Shown piece by piece: positions 1 to 8,438 of a DNA stretch of 64,000 nucleotides. The notes below the pieces were generated by a model that saw only the letters and a list, made by a program, of their open reading frames with translations, was not told the DNA's origin and did not search any database. The position numbers and the translations under genes are program-made. The DNA comes from an uncultured Planctomycetales bacterium. Its GTDB lineage: Bacteria > Omnitrophota > Gorgyraeia > Zapsychrales > JANLHA01. Numbering within the stretch: position 1 is the first letter of the stretch; each line of letters opens with the position of its first letter. The stretch is taken from assembly GCA_964474085.1 (NCBI GenBank), contig CAYYRJ010000009.1, positions 13,570-77,569 of the forward strand, read 5' to 3'.

Positions 1-144
1 AATGATCCGCTCAAACCCTTGTTGCTTTAAATACCGCAGAATTTTGTTTAAAAACGGCTCATCCCCGACGGTCGCCATTGTTTTTTGCGCCTGACCGATT
101 GTTGAACGCAGTCGTGTGCCCAAGCCACCACAAAGAATAACCAT
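1..144 (-). CDS. Sugar-1-phosphate nucleotidyltransferase, N-terminal fragment (HddC/ManC-like); gene continues past the window start
   Basis: My translation of the minus strand from ATG at 142-144 gives MVILCGGLGTRLRSTIGQAQKTMATVGDEPFLNKILRYLKQQGFERII, the G-x-G-T-R-L pyrophosphorylase loop. Not in the ORF track because it is under 60 aa inside the window. An alternative in-frame ATG at 163-165 lies inside the family-1 repeat. Confidence 0.5.
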   Translation of the reverse strand, partial: MVILCGGLGTRLRSTIGQAQKTMATVGDEPFLNKILRYLKQQGFERII

Positions 145-162
145 GTCCGTTTTTGACAAGTC

Positions 163-360
163 CATTTAACCCAAATTTTGCATTACAACCTAGCGCGCGA
201 CGATCCGTCGCGCACAAAAAGAAAAGTGCAAAATTTGCCTCCGGTTGTCCCACAGGGACAAGGTTAACCCCGCACGTCTCGACGTTGTCGAGACATGCGG
301 CCCTTTGGGCGGATTTTGCTTTGGCCAAGCAGGAGCTTGGCTAATGCAAAATCCGGGTTT
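163..360. repeat. Family-1 structured repeat, copy A (about 198 nt)
   Basis: About 89% identical to the reverse complement of 15462-15690. Carries hairpins gcgcgacg/cgtcgcgc, ttgtccc/gggacaa and cgcacgtctcgac/gtcgagacatgcg, a nested stem cggattttgc...gccaagc-agga-gcttggc...gcaaaatccg, and complementary 5' and 3' ends. Confidence 0.8.
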
Positions 361-1357
361 AAGAAACCAATCCTGTGTTAGGTTGATAAAAAATAATTTG
401 GCTGCCTAAAGTTTCAAATTTAAATGGGATTTCGAGCAGATTTTTAAGCCGCTGACGAATTTTAGGCTGCAGCTCTGGGGCCGCAAATATTAAAACAAAT
501 CCGCCGCCGCCGGCGCCCAAAAGTTTTCCGCCCAAAGCCCCCGCATCTTTTGCTGTATTATAAATCTCGTCGATATGAGGTGTTGAAATTTTCTCCGAAA
601 GACTACGCTTTAATTGCCACGACTCATCAAGCAACTTTCCAAAGTCCAGAATATCGCCGCTTTTAAGGACAGCGAGCGCGTGTGTTGTTAAACCATAAAT
701 TTCATTAAGCTCCTTAACCTTGCTGGGAGTATTTTTAATCTGATGCGCCGCAATCTCGGACGCCGTGCGCGAGAATCCGGTAAAAAACATCATCAAATGC
801 GACTGTAACTCTTTGAGTCTTTCTGACCCGACGGTAACAAGCCGTACCTGAAGATGATTCGGGCCCCCAAACTCAATAAAATTAAACCCTCCGTACGCGG
901 CCAAAGTCTGGTCTTGGCAGCCGACATTCTCTTTGATCAAATCTTGTTCAATATGAATCGCTTCACGGGCCAATTGTTCCTTCGTCGGCATAATTCCTTT
1001 AAGCGCGTAAAGGCCGTTTAAAAGCCCGACGGTAAAAGAAGAACTCGAGCCTAAACCTGTTCGCGCCGGCAAATCCCCGTCATGATGAATTTCAATGCCG
1101 TCGTGAATATTTAAAAATTTCAAGACTTCGCGCACTGAAGGATGATCAATATCTTCGACTTTCTGCACATGTTCGGTCACCGAATAAATAATACGCGATT
1201 TATGCTCAAAAAACGGAGGCAAATAGCGGCAGGTAATATAACAATATTTGTCAATCGTCGTCGCTAAAACAGCGCCTTTGTGTTCTTGATACCACGCCGG
1301 ATAATCCGTTCCGCCGCCAAAAAACGACACGCGAAAGGGTGTACGAGAAATGATCAT
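359..1357 (-). CDS. GHMP-family sugar kinase, probably D-glycero-D-manno-heptose 7-phosphate kinase (HddA-like)
   Basis: PARTGLGSSSS ATP-binding motif and C-terminal GGKLLGAGGGGF glycine loop typical of GHMP kinases. Sits next to the HddC-like fragment. Confidence 0.65.
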   Translation of the reverse strand: MIISRTPFRVSFFGGGTDYPAWYQEHKGAVLATTIDKYCYITCRYLPPFFEHKSRIIYSVTEHVQKVEDIDHPSVREVLKFLNIHDGIEIHHDGDLPARTGLGSSSSFTVGLLNGLYALKGIMPTKEQLAREAIHIEQDLIKENVGCQDQTLAAYGGFNFIEFGGPNHLQVRLVTVGSERLKELQSHLMMFFTGFSRTASEIAAHQIKNTPSKVKELNEIYGLTTHALAVLKSGDILDFGKLLDESWQLKRSLSEKISTPHIDEIYNTAKDAGALGGKLLGAGGGGFVLIFAAPELQPKIRQRLKNLLEIPFKFETLGSQIIFYQPNTGLVS

Positions 1358-2874
1358 ACAAGCACCTTGGGTTCTAAAATCTTTCGTTTGAGTTTGATTT
1401 TTGTCGAGCGCAGCGTTTCTTCAACAGCAAGGTCTCCAAATTTTTTTTCGAGCAAATTTAAAAACTGCGGCGAAGTATGATACTGCATCCAGGCTTTATC
1501 CCTAAATTCCAAAACTTGATCGGCTGTTAAATATTTGGTCGGTAAAGGCTGAGCATTATAAGAATGTTGCGAAAATCCCGAATACGAATCCGGCAATTTC
1601 CATCCCGCCTTGCGCGCCTGTCCGTGCAGAGGACTGCCCGGATAAGCCATCGCCGAATAAAAGTTCGCTTCTTCCGTATTCATTTCAAGAGCTAAATCAA
1701 GCGTCATTTGCATGCTGGGAATATCATCTTCGGGAAGACCAAAGATATAATTGGCAATGACGTTAATATCGTGCGCCCGGATTTTTTTGACGACATCGCG
1801 GATGTCGACGTCTTCAAAACGGCCCTTGGTCACATCTTTACGCACGCGCGTGTTTCCGCTTTCAATGCCTAACGCCAGCCAATTGACACCGGCTTTTTTT
1901 AAAATGTCCAGATACTGTTCCTTGACCGTATCTACCCGCGAATAGCACCAAATATTAAATTTGTACCCTCGCTCAATGATCAGCTCACAAAGCTTCACAA
2001 AATGATTCGCGTTAAGGACAAACAGCTCGTCGGCGATTTTGATATTGGTAATTCCTTCATCAGCAAAGAAATCAAACTGCTTAATAATAAATTCCGGGTC
2101 CCAATAGCGGAAAACAGCGCTGCCGTCGGAGAATTCATTCTCCTGACGATTAATGATATTAATCATACAAAAAGAACATTTCATCGGACACCCTAAACTC
2201 GTATAAAGCGCGACAAAAGGCTGGCGCTTGATATGATTCGAATAGGAATGCCATAATGATGTCCGATAACGTTTCAAGGGCAACCGGTCCCAGGCAATGC
2301 CCGGAAGATCGTGGGGCAAGTTTTCTTTCGGCACAATCGGCGAAGGCGGATTCAAAATAATTTGGCCATCGGCCCGATACCCTAACCCTAAAACTTTATC
2401 GAGATTATCCTCAAGGTTAGTGCGAAGCAAATTTGAAATCGTATAGACCCCTTCGTTCTGGCAAACAAAATCAATATAACTGTGCCGCTCAAGAACTTCC
2501 CGCGGCAAAGCGGCGATATGCCCGCCGACAAAAAGGATTTTTGTTTCGGGAAGGTGCTTCTTGACAAGATCCGCTAAAGCAATCGCACCATCCATATTTT
2601 GAGAGCTCGCCGAAGGCTGCTGACCGTAAACAACAAAGCACGTCACTTTCGGATTAAGATCAGAAATATATTGAGTTGATTCAGCGTCGGAAAAAGAAAG
2701 CGCTTCGCTGTCTAAAATCGCAGCGCGAAAACCTTCTTTTAAACAGTGTGACGTCAACATGCCAGCCCAAATCGGCGGCTCAATGGCCGAATACACTGTA
2801 CTTAAATCCTGATAAACTTTATACGACGCATTCGCTTGGACAAAAAGAATATCGAGCTGTTTAAATGTTGGCAT
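1354..2874 (-). CDS. Class B (cobalamin-binding) radical SAM enzyme
   Basis: N-terminal B12-binding-like domain followed by a CPMKCSFC (CxxxCxxC) radical SAM cluster motif. 506 aa. Embedded in the nucleotide-sugar operon. Confidence 0.7.
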   Translation of the reverse strand: MPTFKQLDILFVQANASYKVYQDLSTVYSAIEPPIWAGMLTSHCLKEGFRAAILDSEALSFSDAESTQYISDLNPKVTCFVVYGQQPSASSQNMDGAIALADLVKKHLPETKILFVGGHIAALPREVLERHSYIDFVCQNEGVYTISNLLRTNLEDNLDKVLGLGYRADGQIILNPPSPIVPKENLPHDLPGIAWDRLPLKRYRTSLWHSYSNHIKRQPFVALYTSLGCPMKCSFCMINIINRQENEFSDGSAVFRYWDPEFIIKQFDFFADEGITNIKIADELFVLNANHFVKLCELIIERGYKFNIWCYSRVDTVKEQYLDILKKAGVNWLALGIESGNTRVRKDVTKGRFEDVDIRDVVKKIRAHDINVIANYIFGLPEDDIPSMQMTLDLALEMNTEEANFYSAMAYPGSPLHGQARKAGWKLPDSYSGFSQHSYNAQPLPTKYLTADQVLEFRDKAWMQYHTSPQFLNLLEKKFGDLAVEETLRSTKIKLKRKILEPKVLV

Positions 2875-3793
2875 ATTGGTTCCTTTTAATGATCTGATAC
2901 GCTTTAACCAACTCTGTAATTCCCGCCGCTAATGATACCTCAGGCTTAAATCCGGTTTTTTCAATCTTGTCATTGCTGACAATATAATCGCGCTTATCCG
3001 GATCTTCACCGATGGTCGCCTCAACGAAATAAAAATCTTTGACCTGCTTTTGGATTTCTTGGCAAAGCCCAAGCTTGCTGATATTCGCATCACTTAATCC
3101 GACGTTGTAAGCCTGATTTTTCATCTTGTCAAAATTGTGAAGGCTATGGCTAAACGCTTTGGCCACGTCGCGCACATGAATAAAGTTGCGATTAAAATGC
3201 GCTTCAAACAAAACAACAAACCGGTCATACACGGCGCGATAGACAAAATCATTGACGAGCAAATCCAAACGCATCCGAGGCGAAACGCCGAAAGCCGTCG
3301 CCAAACGCAAAGTGATCCCGTTTCCGGCCGCAAGAATCGCTTGCTCAGCTTCGACCTTAAGCTTTCCGTAAAGCGAGATTGGCCTAAGCGGCGTTTCTTC
3401 GGTGCAATGCTTACCCTTTTCGCCGATGCCATAACCGCTGTTGGTCGTCGGAAAAATAACCATCTGATCTTTACTGCGCAATTGCAAAATCATGGTGACC
3501 GCATCCAACAAAATCGACTGCGCACCAACCGGGTCCTTGGCGCACAATGGCGCCCCTGTCAAGCACGCCAGCGGAAAAATCGCGTCGGCATCCTTGAGAA
3601 GCCTGGTCATCAAATTTTTGTCGCGCGTATCTCCTCGGACAATTGTCAATTTAGGATGATAACAGACGTCTAAAAGCGACGTTTGGTTATACATAAAATT
3701 ATCGAGCGCAACAACCTCATGGCCTTCTACCAAAAATCGCGGAATCATCACAGAACCCAAGTACCCGGCCGCGCCGGTAATTAAAATTTTCAT
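2861..3793 (-). CDS. NAD-dependent nucleoside-diphosphate-sugar epimerase/dehydratase (SDR family)
   Basis: ITGAAGYLGS Rossmann motif and YGKLK (YxxxK) catalytic motif. Confidence 0.75.
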   Translation of the reverse strand: MKILITGAAGYLGSVMIPRFLVEGHEVVALDNFMYNQTSLLDVCYHPKLTIVRGDTRDKNLMTRLLKDADAIFPLACLTGAPLCAKDPVGAQSILLDAVTMILQLRSKDQMVIFPTTNSGYGIGEKGKHCTEETPLRPISLYGKLKVEAEQAILAAGNGITLRLATAFGVSPRMRLDLLVNDFVYRAVYDRFVVLFEAHFNRNFIHVRDVAKAFSHSLHNFDKMKNQAYNVGLSDANISKLGLCQEIQKQVKDFYFVEATIGEDPDKRDYIVSNDKIEKTGFKPEVSLAAGITELVKAYQIIKRNQYANI

Positions 3794-3842
3794 AAAACAA
3801 TATCCTTTCTTAACATTCTTACTTTAATAATAATTTTATGGT

Positions 3843-3955
3843 TCGCTATAAGCCCTTCGGCTCAAAGGAACGGTCCCTGGTTGATGTCCCGCCTAACGGC
3901 GGGAGAAAATCAGGGCTGCGTTCAATTCGCCTTTAGGCTTATAGCAAACCAAGCA
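3843..3955. repeat. Family-4 structured repeat, copy a
   Basis: Conserved core cgaattgaacgcagccc.gattttctcccgccgttaggcggga..atc.acc.gggaccgttc..ttgagcc, shared with 63901-64000 in reverse complement. Closing stem gctataagcc/ggcttatagc is unique to this copy. Confidence 0.75.
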
Positions 3956-3972
3956 CCCCCAGATCACATCCA

Positions 3973-4878
3973 TTAAATCGTCCGGTTAATTCCTTCTTTT
4001 AATCCCACCTTCGGTTTCCAACCCAACGCTTTGATGCGGCTGCTGTCTAAAAGTTTTCGCATCGCTCCGTTGGGTTTAGAAGAATCAAAAACAATCTTTC
4101 CCTCATACTCAAGGGCAGAAGCAATCAATTTTGCCAAATCTTTTATCGCAATATCTTCGCCAACCCCGACATTGATCAACTCTTGGCTCTCGTAATTTTC
4201 CATCAAAAAAACACACGCACTCGCAAAATCTTCGCTAAACAAAAACTCGCGTTTAGGTTTTCCCGTTCCCCAAAGTGTTACGGACTTTTCATTCTTGGCG
4301 ACGGCCTGCGAAAATTTTCCTATCAGCGCGCCCAAAACATGGCTGTTTTCGGCATCCGTATCTGCCGCCGGCCCATAAAGGGTCGCCGGAACCATGGCAA
4401 TGGCGTTAAACCCGTATTGCCGGCGATACGCGCGGCACATTTCAACACCCGCAATTTTAGCGACCGCATAAGGCTGGCTCGTCGCCTCCAGAGCGCCGGT
4501 CAAAAAATATTCTTCTTTGATCGGTTGGGGAGAATTCTTCGGATAAACGCAGGAGCTGGCGATATACAGAAGTTTTTTTACTTTGGCTTTGTAAGCTGTG
4601 TGAATGATATTGTTTTGACTTTGCAGATTTGCGTAAATAAACTCCGCGCAAAATTCCTGATTGGCCTTAATCCCGCCGGAAAGCGTGGAAGCTAAAAAAA
4701 CATATTGCGGTTTAACTTTTTTAAAAAAACTTTCAACCTGCCGCTGATTAAAAACATCCCACTTCTCAGGCCCGGCGGAAATCACATTTTTAAAGCCTTG
4801 GCTGGTTAAATAATCATAAAGAGAATGTTCAACGATGTCGTTGTGTCCGACGATGAGAATACGCGATTGCTTTTTCAT
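3973..4878 (-). CDS. GDP-L-fucose synthase (Fcl/GMER)-like 3,5-epimerase/4-reductase, probable GDP-(deoxy)heptose reductase
   Basis: Aligns along its full length to Fcl (ASSCVYPK, YAVAK catalytic Ser/Tyr/Lys). The N-terminal dinucleotide loop is VGHNDIVEHSL instead of GHRGMVGSA. Confidence 0.65.
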   Translation of the reverse strand: MKKQSRILIVGHNDIVEHSLYDYLTSQGFKNVISAGPEKWDVFNQRQVESFFKKVKPQYVFLASTLSGGIKANQEFCAEFIYANLQSQNNIIHTAYKAKVKKLLYIASSCVYPKNSPQPIKEEYFLTGALEATSQPYAVAKIAGVEMCRAYRRQYGFNAIAMVPATLYGPAADTDAENSHVLGALIGKFSQAVAKNEKSVTLWGTGKPKREFLFSEDFASACVFLMENYESQELINVGVGEDIAIKDLAKLIASALEYEGKIVFDSSKPNGAMRKLLDSSRIKALGWKPKVGLKEGINRTI

Positions 4879-5411
4879 TTCAAATTATAATAATTCCCGT
4901 GCTCAATAAGCAGTGTCGAGCGGCCATCTTTTCGCTCAAAAGCATATTTATAGGCTGGAAAAATTTCTTCGGGCTCCTCCAGCTCGACAACTTCAATTGT
5001 TGAAAATAATTTTCGAAAAGCATCCGCGTAATTGCCGATATGTTGATGCCCCGGATGAACCGGCGCGTCAGGCCCGGTCGCCACACGAATAAGCGTCTTG
5101 GGCATCAGCGTCCCACCGCTAATCGCTGGAATTTTGTCGAGCATGTTCGTCATATCAGACGTCGCCAAGAGCAAAAAATTCTGGCGCGGATAAACACTGA
5201 TAGGAATATAGCCAGCTAACGCCATACCGATAGTAAACTGCATTTGAAAACTTTCATTAATCGGCATCTCAAGCGTGCGGTCCTTAGGACAATCGCGCAG
5301 CGTCTGGAACATAAACGTCCCCGGACCGGCAACCGTCTGCCCGACGAACATCGCCTTATCTTGTGTGGCCAACCATTCCATCGTCCGTTTTAATTCGTCG
5401 AAATATTTCAT
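4875..5411 (-). CDS. ThDP-dependent enzyme, Pyr-domain subunit (E1-beta / transketolase-C-like, minimal)
   Basis: Start corrected to internal ATG at 5409-5411 (MKYFDELK...), which has an upstream GAGG. Resembles the pyrimidine-binding domain of E1 beta / transketolase. Only 179 aa, with no C-terminal TK_C domain. Confidence 0.5.
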   Translation of the reverse strand: MKYFDELKRTMEWLATQDKAMFVGQTVAGPGTFMFQTLRDCPKDRTLEMPINESFQMQFTIGMALAGYIPISVYPRQNFLLLATSDMTNMLDKIPAISGGTLMPKTLIRVATGPDAPVHPGHQHIGNYADAFRKLFSTIEVVELEEPEEIFPAYKYAFERKDGRSTLLIEHGNYYNLK

Positions 5412-5421
5412 TTCAAAAACC

Positions 5422-6054
5422 TCAAAATTTGATAAGTTTCCCCAACCCCGAATGCGGATAGCCGTTGACGTATTTAAAATAAATAATTTTTGCTTCGTAT
5501 TTAGTGCCTTTAAACCACGGGTCTGGACTGCCCCAAACTTCACGGGTATTAGTCATCACGCTGACCCCATTATCGCAAACGATAAACTTGACCGGCAAAT
5601 CAAAGTTATAGGCATATTTAACCGCTTCGAAGAAAATGCCTGTTTCCGAGGACATTTCTCCGCAAAAAAGAAACGCACAGCCCTTTTTATTCTGGTTTTT
5701 AAGCGCCCAGGCGACTCCCGTGGCTGTTCCCATAAGACTGCCAACGATGCCGGAACACAAAACGTTATACTCCGGGAAACACAGCGAAATACTTTTTCCC
5801 TCGACAATCGCTTGCTTGACCATATCGCGCGGCACACCTTTAAGCAAAGCCAATTCATGCGAATCCCAAAAGCCAAACACATAATCGTCATCGCCAATAT
5901 TTTCTTCACGAAAAATCCGGATCAGCTCATCCTCGCGGCCAGCGCGCAAATGGACCGGAGCACGGATCGCACCGGTCGCAAAAATTTCAGCAATTTCCTG
6001 TTCAAATTTTATAATGTCGTCTTTGGTCAATTGTGTTTTCATGATGGGGGTCAT
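5422..6054 (-). CDS. ThDP-dependent enzyme, PP-domain subunit (E1-alpha / transketolase-N-like, minimal)
   Basis: ThDP-binding region GSLMGTATGVAWAL...CGEMSSETGIFFEA...FIVCDNGVSVMT resembles the E1-alpha GDG...N motif. 210 aa. Confidence 0.55.
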   Translation of the reverse strand: MTPIMKTQLTKDDIIKFEQEIAEIFATGAIRAPVHLRAGREDELIRIFREENIGDDDYVFGFWDSHELALLKGVPRDMVKQAIVEGKSISLCFPEYNVLCSGIVGSLMGTATGVAWALKNQNKKGCAFLFCGEMSSETGIFFEAVKYAYNFDLPVKFIVCDNGVSVMTNTREVWGSPDPWFKGTKYEAKIIYFKYVNGYPHSGLGKLIKF

Positions 6055-6084
6055 TATGAAATACCTTTAGATTTTTGGCAATGT

Positions 6085-7050
6085 TTATCCTGTTTTTCTT
6101 AATTTGCCGCTATAGCCTTCTGCTTTAAACCAATCGAGCGTTTCTTGCAAACCTTGCTCAATATCTACTTTCGGTTGCCAGTTCAAATATTTTTTAGCCA
6201 GCGTAATATCCGGACAACGTTGTTTGGGGTCATCCACCGGAAGCGGACGATAAATCAATTTACTTTTTGCTCCCGAAAGTTTTAGAATCAACTTTGCAAA
6301 TTCAAGAATCGTAAATTCCGCAGGGTTTCCGATATTGACCGGTTCATGGACATCGCTATACAATAATCTCACAATCCCGTCGATCAAATCCGAATAAAAA
6401 CAAAAGGACCGCGTTTGTTTTCCGCTGCCATAAATCGTCAGCGATTGATGATGCAATGCCTGATCAATAAAATTTGGGACAACCCGTCCGTCCTTAACCT
6501 GCATCCGCGGACCGTAAGTATTAAAAATACGAACAATGGCAGTATTGACTTTGTGGGTGCGATGATACGCCATGGTCATCGCTTCCGCAAAACGCTTGGC
6601 TTCATCATAAACCCCGCGCGGACCGATGGTGTTAACATGGCCCCAATACGTTTCTTTTTGCGGATGCTCCAGCGGATCACCATAAATTTCAGAAGTCGAT
6701 GCGACTAAAAAACGCGCCTTTTTTAATTTTGCCAATACCAAACAATTTTCTGTGCCATATGATCCTACCTGCATGGTAGGGATCGGATATTTTAAATAAT
6801 CGACAGGGCTTGCGGGAGACGCAAAGTGCAAAATATAGTCAACGTCTCCGGCAATGGCAAAAGGCCGGCTGACATCTTTTTTGATAAAATCAAAATCCCT
6901 GGTTTTCTTTAAATGCGCGATGTTGCGCAAACGGCCGGTGAGCAAATTATCGACGGCAATAACCTTGCATCCGTCGGCTAAAAGCCGATCGCACAGATGG
7001 CTCCCCAAAAATCCCGCCCCGCCCGTCACAACTGCTACCTTTTTCTTCAT
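6085..7050 (-). CDS. UDP-glucuronate decarboxylase (UDP-xylose synthase)
   Basis: [16 protein letters not shown]...DNLLTGR...KKDV is typical of UXS/ArnA-decarboxylase-like SDRs. Lies immediately downstream of ugd. Confidence 0.8.
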   Translation of the reverse strand: MKKKVAVVTGGAGFLGSHLCDRLLADGCKVIAVDNLLTGRLRNIAHLKKTRDFDFIKKDVSRPFAIAGDVDYILHFASPASPVDYLKYPIPTMQVGSYGTENCLVLAKLKKARFLVASTSEIYGDPLEHPQKETYWGHVNTIGPRGVYDEAKRFAEAMTMAYHRTHKVNTAIVRIFNTYGPRMQVKDGRVVPNFIDQALHHQSLTIYGSGKQTRSFCFYSDLIDGIVRLLYSDVHEPVNIGNPAEFTILEFAKLILKLSGAKSKLIYRPLPVDDPKQRCPDITLAKKYLNWQPKVDIEQGLQETLDWFKAEGYSGKLRKTG

Positions 7051-7064
7051 AAAAAACCCTTCTA

Positions 7065-7100
7065 AACTCCCCCTCCCCCCTCTTTAGATAAAGAGGGGGA
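7065..7100 (-). terminator. GC-rich hairpin between the dehydrogenase and UXS genes (possible intra-operon attenuator or processing site)
   Basis: Perfect 10-bp stem cccccctcttt/aaagaggggg with a 5-nt loop. The T-run on the minus strand lies about 20 nt further 3', so it is not a textbook intrinsic terminator. Confidence 0.3.
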
Positions 7101-7118
7101 TTAAGGGGGCATTTGAAA

Positions 7119-8438
7119 TCAAAGTTTAATAATTTTCTTACTCTTCACACCATCAAAGACATTGCGCGTATCGAAAATCATTTTTGCCGACTTTAAAATC
7201 AGCTTGTAATTCACGTCGCTGTGATCTGTGGCGATCACAACACAATCAAACCCGGCGATATCCTTTGCTGTCAAAACAATTGACGCCAAATCGATCGTCC
7301 CAATTTTAAGATACGGAATAATCGGGTCAAAATACGAAACCCTAACCCCCTGAGCCTTAAAAAGTTCAATTAACCGAAGCGGCGGAGATTTGCGCAAGTC
7401 CTTCACATCTTTTTTATACGTCACCCCGACGACAAGAATCTTAGAATAAGCGAATTCTTTCTTTTGCTTTTCCAAAAGCTCTTTGATCCGCCCCAGCGCA
7501 TAAGAGGGCATATACGAATTGGTATCCGCCGAAAGCCGGATGTACTTGGAATTAAACCCATACTTCTTAGCTTTCCAATGCAAGTACAGAGGATCGTCGG
7601 GAATACAATGGCCACCGACGCCTAAGCCGGGATAAAAAGGCATAAACCCAAACGGTTTTGTTTTAGCTGCCGCAATGACTTCCCAAATGTCAATATGGAG
7701 CTTATGGCACATCATCGCCAGCTCATTGATCCAGCCGATATTAACAATGCGAAAAGAGTTTTCCAATAACTTGGTCATCTCAGCCGCGTCGGCAGATGAG
7801 ACCAAATGGACTTCTTTAATAATCGTCTGGTACAAAAATTTCGTCAGCTCTCCGCTTTTTTCGTCAATGCCGCCGACGATCTTCGGAATTTGTGTGACGC
7901 TGTATTTTTTGTTGCCCGGATCAATACGTTCCGGAGAAAACGATAAAAACAAATTCTTGCCAACAACAAGACCCGACTTTTCTAAAACCGGTTTGACCAA
8001 CTCGCGTGTGGTTCCCGGATAGGTCGTGCTTTCTAAAATAACGAGCGTATCTTTCTTGATATACTGGCCAACGGTTTTGACGGCATTGACAATAAAAGAA
8101 ACATCCGGCGTATATTTACGACGCAGCGGGGTTGGGACACAAATGATAATCACGTCCGCCATCTTTAAATGCGAAAAGTCGCTCGAGGCTGTCAATCGCC
8201 CATTATCAACAACGCGAACCAGATCCGCCGGTGCGATGTCGGCAATATAATTTTTCTTTGTCTTAACGCGCAGGACACGATCCGTGTCCATGTCAAGGCC
8301 AAAAACCTTAAAACCCGCCTTGGCAAAACTCACCGCCAAAGGCAAACCCACATAGCCAAGACCTAAAACAGCGACGAGTGCTTTTTTATTTAGGATTTTT
8401 TCGCTCAAAACTTTTGACATTCGTTTATCCTCTTTCAC
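7119..8438 (-). CDS. Nucleotide-sugar dehydrogenase, UDP-GlcNAc/ManNAc 6-dehydrogenase family (WecC/WbpA/TviB-like)
   Basis: VLGLGYVGLPLA N-terminal NAD fold and GLGVGGHCIP active-site Cys motif. Confidence 0.75.
   Translation of the reverse strand: MKEDKRMSKVLSEKILNKKALVAVLGLGYVGLPLAVSFAKAGFKVFGLDMDTDRVLRVKTKKNYIADIAPADLVRVVDNGRLTASSDFSHLKMADVIIICVPTPLRRKYTPDVSFIVNAVKTVGQYIKKDTLVILESTTYPGTTRELVKPVLEKSGLVVGKNLFLSFSPERIDPGNKKYSVTQIPKIVGGIDEKSGELTKFLYQTIIKEVHLVSSADAAEMTKLLENSFRIVNIGWINELAMMCHKLHIDIWEVIAAAKTKPFGFMPFYPGLGVGGHCIPDDPLYLHWKAKKYGFNSKYIRLSADTNSYMPSYALGRIKELLEKQKKEFAYSKILVVGVTYKKDVKDLRKSPPLRLIELFKAQGVRVSYFDPIIPYLKIGTIDLASIVLTAKDIAGFDCVVIATDHSDVNYKLILKSAKMIFDTRNVFDGVKSKKIIKL

Noticed and set aside
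59-344. ORFs 59..328 (-) and 153..344 (+) from the six-frame track
   Set aside because: Both lie almost entirely inside family-1 repeat copy A. They have no RBS or recognisable protein features. The real coding feature here is the HddC-like fragment (1-144) in a different frame.
163-360. Family-1 as 6S RNA, SRP RNA or another housekeeping ncRNA
   Set aside because: It has multiple near-identical copies in inverted orientation plus a partial copy. The multi-branch hairpin layout does not match the 6S rod or the SRP domain IV motif.
4880-5086. ORF 4880..5086 (-) and 5556..5909 (-) alternative frames inside the ThDP subunit genes
   Set aside because: They are out-of-frame overlaps with the better-supported ThDP enzyme ORFs.
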